A DNA stretch of 64,000 bases, taken from NCBI GenBank assembly GCA_963758635.1, contig CAVWWD010000003.1:96001-160000 (forward strand), given 5' to 3'. Made by a program: the position numbers and the translations under genes. How positions within the stretch are numbered: the stretch's first letter is position 1; each line of letters opens with the position of its first letter. This document shows positions 58,466 to 64,000 of the stretch, one piece after another. The stretch comes from an uncultured Candidatus Rokubacteria bacterium. GTDB taxonomy: Bacteria; Methylomirabilota; Methylomirabilia; Rokubacteriales; CSP1-6. A model generated the notes under the pieces. The model was given only the letters and a program-made list of their open reading frames with translations, was not told where the DNA came from and did not search any database.

Positions 58466-60383
58466 ATGACGGCCTTTGACGTGGTTTCCCGCGTCGTTCT
58501 CCGACGGATGACCGTGACGATCCTCGCGGCCTCCGTCGTCCTTCTCGGACTCGGGTCCACTCACGCGCAGCCGCAGCAGCGAGCAGCCCGAGGTCCCGGC
58601 CGGACCGGCGGCGCCCATCACCGCCCTCGTCGAGCAGCTCGTCGATCTCTTCCCCCGCGTGCAGGGTGAGGTGCTGGAGGTGAAGGGCCCCACGCTCACG
58701 ATGGACATCGGCCTCAAGGACGGTGTGCGGGCAGGGCTCGCCCTCGAGGTGTACCGCCAGGGCCGGGAGATCCAGCATCCGCGGACCGGCGCTGTCCTGG
58801 GCCGGGCCGAGCAGACCATCGGGACGGTGCGGATCACGGACGTGCAGGAGAGCTTCTCCACCGGCCAGCTCGTGCAGGCCGCGGAGGCCGCTCCGAGCGA
58901 CCGCGTCCGGCTCCCTTCGAGCAAGATCCGGCTGACGCTCTTGCCCCTCGCCGGCAGTCTGCGCGAGAACCTCGTGGAGGCGGCGACCAACGACCTGGTC
59001 GAGCGCCTCAACGGATCGGGCCGGTTCCAGGTGATGCTGGGGGACGCGATCAACGTCTACCTCTCCGGGGAGGGGATCGGCCCTGAGGACTTCCTGGCTG
59101 GCAAGGGCGTCAAGCAGGCCAGCGAGCGCTTCAAGGTCGAGCACCTGCTGGCCGTGCACTTCCGGCGGGTACAGAACCGGCCGTACATGGAGGTGCGATT
59201 CTTCTCGCTCCCACGCACGGACGCGGCGGTGTCCACGGCCTTCTTCGTGCCGCCCTCCATCCGCGCCGCGGCCAACCAGGCTGCGAAGTTCTCTTCCGGG
59301 AACCGCCCCGACACCCAGCCGAAGCAACGCTCGCTCCTGGCCCGGCTCCTGGGCGGCGATCTCGAGCCCGGGACGTACTCGAGCGGTGAGTCGTCGATCC
59401 CGCTCCGGGAGGTCGCCCGCTTCCCGTTCCCGGTGTACACGATGGACGTGGCTCAGCACACCGTGGACAAGGTGCCGCGCATGGTGGTGAGCGACGGCGA
59501 GAAGGTATACATGTACCGGATCGTTGGCCAGAAGCTCGAGGCGGAGTGGTCCATCTCGGCTCGCGCGATGGGCCGCGTCATGTCCGTCCAGCTCGTTGAC
59601 CTCAACGGCGACGGCAGCTTCGAGGTCATCGGCAACCGGTGGCACCCGGGCAGCCAGCTCAACTCGTTCATCCTCGAGTACAAGAACGGCAAGCCGAAAT
59701 TCCTCCTCGAGGACGTCGGGCTCTTCCTGTACGCGGTGGACGCCAAGGGTGACGGGTACCGCCAGACCCTCTGGGCGCAGGCGCTCAACAACGATAAGTT
59801 CTTCAACCACGGACAGGCCGACCTCATGAGTCTCAAGAACGGCCGGCTGGTGACGGAGCGGGCGGTGGCCGTCCACAGTGCCTTCCGGCCGACGGGGGCG
59901 ACGTTCGCGAACATCTCGGGGAAGGACACGCGCGCCCTCGCCTTCATCGACGACTTCAACCGCCTGCAGGTGTCGCTCGACAGCCAGGATCTCTGGCGAT
60001 CGGGGAGTCCGGTAGGCGGGGGTTATGCGGTGGCCGAGCTGCTGATCCCGGACGGCCGGATCCAGCGGAGCAAGTACTTCAAGTTCGAGCCGACGCCCGC
60101 TGCGATCGATCTCGACGGGGACGGCATCGACGAGATCGTCGTTCCCATGAACACCTTCAAGGAAGGGCTCATCGCGGTGATCTTCAAGGGGCCGACGGGC
60201 ATCCGGCTGCAGTCGGTGGAGTCGGGCTTCGAGGGGCCGATCACCGCCATCGGGGCGTTCCGGACGGAGGACAGCCTCCAGCCGACGCTCGTGGCCTCGG
60301 TCGTGCGCTTCCAGGGCATCGTCCAGGGGTTCCTCAAGCGCTCCGGCGAGACGCAGATCATCATGACCGTTCCCCAGGAGTAG
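58466..60383 (+). CDS. Secreted protein with FlgT-C-like N-domain and FG-GAP/VCBS repeats; +1 frameshift near 58580
   Basis: Signal peptide in the first frame; IQHPRTGAVLG; DLNGDGSFEV and DLDGDGIDEI repeats. Confidence 0.7.
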
Positions 60384-60397
60384 GCGGGCCCCGCCCC

Positions 60398-61697
60398 TTG
60401 AAGCTCGACACCTCGCCCCCGCGAGGCATGCGGGACATCCTACCTGACGAGGCGGCCCTTCGTGACTGGGCCACATCGACGATCCTCGGCGTCTACCGCC
60501 GCCACGGCTTCACCCGGATCGAGACCCCCGCCGTCGAGAGCCTGGGATTGCTCACGCGCAGCGACGGTGGGGAGAACGAGAAGCTGATCTTCAAGATCCT
60601 CAAGCGCGGCGAGAAGCTCCACGCGGCGCGGGAGGTGGACGACCTCGCCGATCTCGGGCTCCGCTTCGACCTCACGGTGCCGCTCGCCCGCTACTACGCG
60701 CACAACCACGCCCGGCTGCCGGCGCCGCTCAAGGCCATCCAGATCGGCCCGGTCTGGAGGGCCGACCGTCCGCAGCAGGGACGGTACCGGCAGTTCACCC
60801 AGTGCGACATCGACATCCTGGGCGTGAGCTCCGAGGTGGCGGAGATCGAGCTCATCCTGGCCACCGCGGAAGCCCTGCACGGGCTTGGCCTGGGCGACCT
60901 CACGGTCCGGATCAACGATCGCCGCGTCCTTGCCGCCATGGCGGCGCACTGCGGGTTCGACGAGAGCCGGTTCGACGACGTCTTCATCACGCTGGACAAG
61001 CTGGACAAGATCGGCCGGGAGGGCGTCATCGCGGAGCTCGAGGCGGCGGGACACGCGCAGTCGGCCGTCCGCGCGCTCTTCGAACGTCGTGAGCGCCGCC
61101 TCGGGCGGAGGGCCGGCGGAAGCGCTGGGCGCCCTCGCCCGCGCGCTGGGCGGGCGCGCCGATCCCGCGGTGTGGGCCGGCCTGTCCCGGATCTTCGAGG
61201 TCGTGGGGACGCAGGTCGAGGAGCGCCTGGGGCTCGAGTTCGATGCCACGCTGGTGCGGGGGATGGGCTACTACACGGGCCCGATCTTCGAGATGCGCTA
61301 CCGCGACAGCCCGCTGTCCGTGGCCGGCGGGGGACGCTACGACCGCATGATCGGGAAGCTCCTGGGCCGTGACGTGCCCGCCACGGGCTTCTCGATCGGC
61401 TTCGAGCGCGTCGTGGGGCTCCTTCTCCAGCGGGCGCAGGCCGAGGGCGCGGGCGAGGATCGCGTGGCCCTCGTGGTCGACGCCGCGTCCCCCCACCTCG
61501 GGCTCGCCCTGTCGGCGGCCCGGGAGTTCCGTGAGAAGGGCAGCGCGGTGTTGCTGGAGCTGAGGGCGCGCAAGCTCGGCAAGCAGCTCCAGGACCTCGA
61601 GAGCCGCGGGTACCGGAGGATCGCGCTGGTGGCCGACGACGGCTCGCTGGACTGGCGAGGGCCCGGCGCCGGCGCCCCCGAGACGGAACGCTCGTGA
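60398..61697 (+). CDS. hisS: Histidyl-tRNA synthetase; +1 frameshift near 61083
   Basis: [46 protein letters not shown]. Confidence 0.95.
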
Positions 61698-63483
61698 GCG
61701 CGCACCCGTACCGCACCCACACGTGTGGCGAGCTCCGCGCCGCCCACGCCGGCGCGACGGTGCGCCTGGCCGGATGGACGCACCGGAAGCGTGACCACGG
61801 GCACCTGGTGTTCGTGGATCTGCGCGACCACCACGGGCTCACCCAGTGCGTCGTCGACGCGTCGAGCCCCGTCTTCGAGCACCGTGCAGGCGCTCCGGCC
61901 GGAGACGGTCGTGACGGTGGCGGGCGAGGTGGTCCGTCGCGCCCCCGATGCGATCAACCCGAAGCTCCCGACCGGCGAGGTGGAGCTGGTGGTGCGGGAG
62001 CTGTCGGTGCTTTCCGCCGCCGATCCCCTGCCGATGCAGGTGGCGGGGGAGACCGAGTTCCCCGAGGAGACCCGGCTCCGTTACCGGTTCATCGACCTCC
62101 GGCGCGAGAAGCTCCACCAGAACATCGTGCTCCGCTCGCAGGTGATCGCGAGCATCCGCCGGCGCATGATCGCCGCCGGCTTCATGGAGTTCCAGACGCC
62201 GATCCTCACGTCGAGCTCGCCGGAGGGGGCGCGCGACTACCTCGTGCCGAGCCGCGTGCACCCGGGCAAGTTCTACGCGCTCCCGCAGGCGCCCCAGCAG
62301 TTCAAGCAGCTCCTGATGGTCTCGGGCTTCGACCGCTACTTCCAGATCGCGCCGTGCTTCCGCGACGAGGACGGCCGCGCCGACCGTTCCCCGGGCGAGT
62401 TCTACCAGCTCGACTTCGAGATGTCGTTCGTCACGCAGGAGGACGTGTGGGCGACGATCGAGCCGGTCCTCCACGGCGTGTTCGACGAGTTCGCGGGCGG
62501 CCGTGCCGTCACCCCGCCGCCCTTCCCCCGCATCCCGTTCGCCGAGGCGATGACGAGGTACGGGACGGACAAGCCCGACCTGCGCAACCCGATCGTGAAC
62601 GCCGACGTCACGGCCGTCTTCGCCGGCTCTGGCTTCGCCGTGTTCGCGAGCGCGGCCGAGCGGGGCGCGGTGGTGCGCGCCGTTCCCGGTCCCGGGGCCG
62701 CGACCCGGCCGCGGAGCTTCTTCGACAAGCTGGACGCGTGGGCCCGCGAGCAGGGCGCGCCGGGCCTCGGCTACGTCGCCCTCGGCGAGGGCGCGGCGCG
62801 CGGGCCGATCGCCAAGTTCCTCGACGAGGACCGCCTGGCCGCCCTGCGGACGGCCACGGGCGCGAAGAGCGGCGACGTGGTCTTCTTCGTCTGCGACCGT
62901 CCGGCGCGTGGCCGACCCGCTGGCCGGAAAGGTGCGGGCCAGGCTCGGGGAGGAGCTCGGCCTGATCGAGAAGGACGCCTTCCGCTTCTGCTGGATCACC
63001 GACTTCCCCATGTACGAGTGGGACGAGGACACGAAGAAGGTCGTCTTCAGCCACAACCCGTTCTCGATGCCGCAGGGGGGCCTGGAGGCCCTGGAGACCC
63101 AGGACCCCCTCACGATCAAGGCCTATCAGTACGACGTGGTGTGCAACGGCGTCGAGCTCTCGAGCGGCGCCATCCGGAACCATCGCCCCGACGTGATGTT
63201 CAAGGCGTTCGAGATCGCGGGCTACGGACGCGACGAGGTGGAGGCGCGTTTCGGCGGCATGCTCAACGCCTTCCGCTACGGGGCGCCGCCGCACGGCGGC
63301 TCCGCGCCCGGCATCGACCGCATCGTCATGCTGCTCGCCGACGAGCGGAACATCCGGGAGGTGATCGCGTTCCCCCTGAACCAGCAGGCGCAGGACCTGC
63401 TCATGCAGGCTCCGTCCGAGGTGGACCCGCGGCGGCTACGCGAGCTGCACATCCGGCTCGAGCTGCCCCGGCCGCCGGCATGA
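61694..63483 (+). CDS. aspS: Aspartyl-tRNA synthetase; +1 frameshifts near 61878 and 62905
   Basis: [43 protein letters not shown]. Confidence 0.95.
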
Positions 63484-63520
63484 CGGATCCGCGTGATATC
63501 TTGACCCGGAGGCTGGACAG

Positions 63521-64000
63521 CTGACTCAAGCCACCACCGTCACCCGCCGCATCGAGATTCCGTCCCGCTTCGACCTCCTGACCCTGCTCGGCAAGAACGA
63601 CGAACACCTGCGCGCGCTCGAGGCGCAGTACGACGTCCGCGGCACCGTGCGCGGCCACGAGATGACCTTGCGCGGGGAGGAGCGGGCGGTCGGGCAGGCC
63701 GAGCGCGTCGTGCGGGACCTCATCGCCATGCAGGGCAGCCGGGGCACGCTCAGCCGGGATGAGATCCGATCGGCGCTGCGGCTGGCCGGGCGGGAGCCGG
63801 AGGCGGACCTCAAGGCCGTCCTCGCCGACGGCGTCAGCGTGCCGTCGCGCCGGAAGTTCATCTCGCCGAAGACGGCCAACCAGAAGCGCTATCTCGACGC
63901 CGTCCGCAGCCACGACATGGTGATCGCCATCGGCCCCGCGGGGACCGGCAAGTCGTACCTCGCGGTGGCGATGGCCGTGTCGGCGCTCATGAAGCGCGAG
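63521..64000 (+). CDS. phoH: PhoH family protein (partial; probable CTG start)
   Basis: GGAGG 8 nt upstream of [26 protein letters not shown]. Confidence 0.88.
   Translation, partial: MTQATTVTRRIEIPSRFDLLTLLGKNDEHLRALEAQYDVRGTVRGHEMTLRGEERAVGQAERVVRDLIAMQGSRGTLSRDEIRSALRLAGREPEADLKAVLADGVSVPSRRKFISPKTANQKRYLDAVRSHDMVIAIGPAGTGKSYLAVAMAVSALMKRE

Overview
High-GC bacterial core-genome window. Gene content and style suggest a Rokubacteria/Methylomirabilota-like diderm, but this is inference only. It carries two different complex I clusters: nuoABC-[NIPSNAP]-DHIJKLMN with no E/F/G, and lipA-nuoABCDEFGHIJK-pdhABC-lpdA with no L/M/N. Housekeeping blocks include rplU-rpmA-obg-proBA-nadD-rsfS-dksA, gap-pgk-tpiA-secG-peptide ABC-tRNA-Leu(GAG), a carboxyltransferase plus methylmalonyl-CoA mutase, a polyprenyl synthetase and hisS-aspS-phoH. 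An envelope cluster holds three proteins sharing an HPxTG-x-x-LG (FlgT-C-like) domain, a TPR lipoprotein and a beta-barrel. About ten genes, including essential ones, each carry a +1 frameshift, which I treat as long-read insertion errors. The most unusual signal is non-coding. At least four families of short, lower-GC, hairpin-bearing repeats sit at operon gene junctions. Some are flanked by duplications of the junction, and some are preceded by AT-shifted synonymous codons. Most of these spacers are spanned by chains of stop/start-coupled mini-ORFs that could relay ribosomes from one gene to the next. No transposase, integrase, CRISPR array or rRNA was found.
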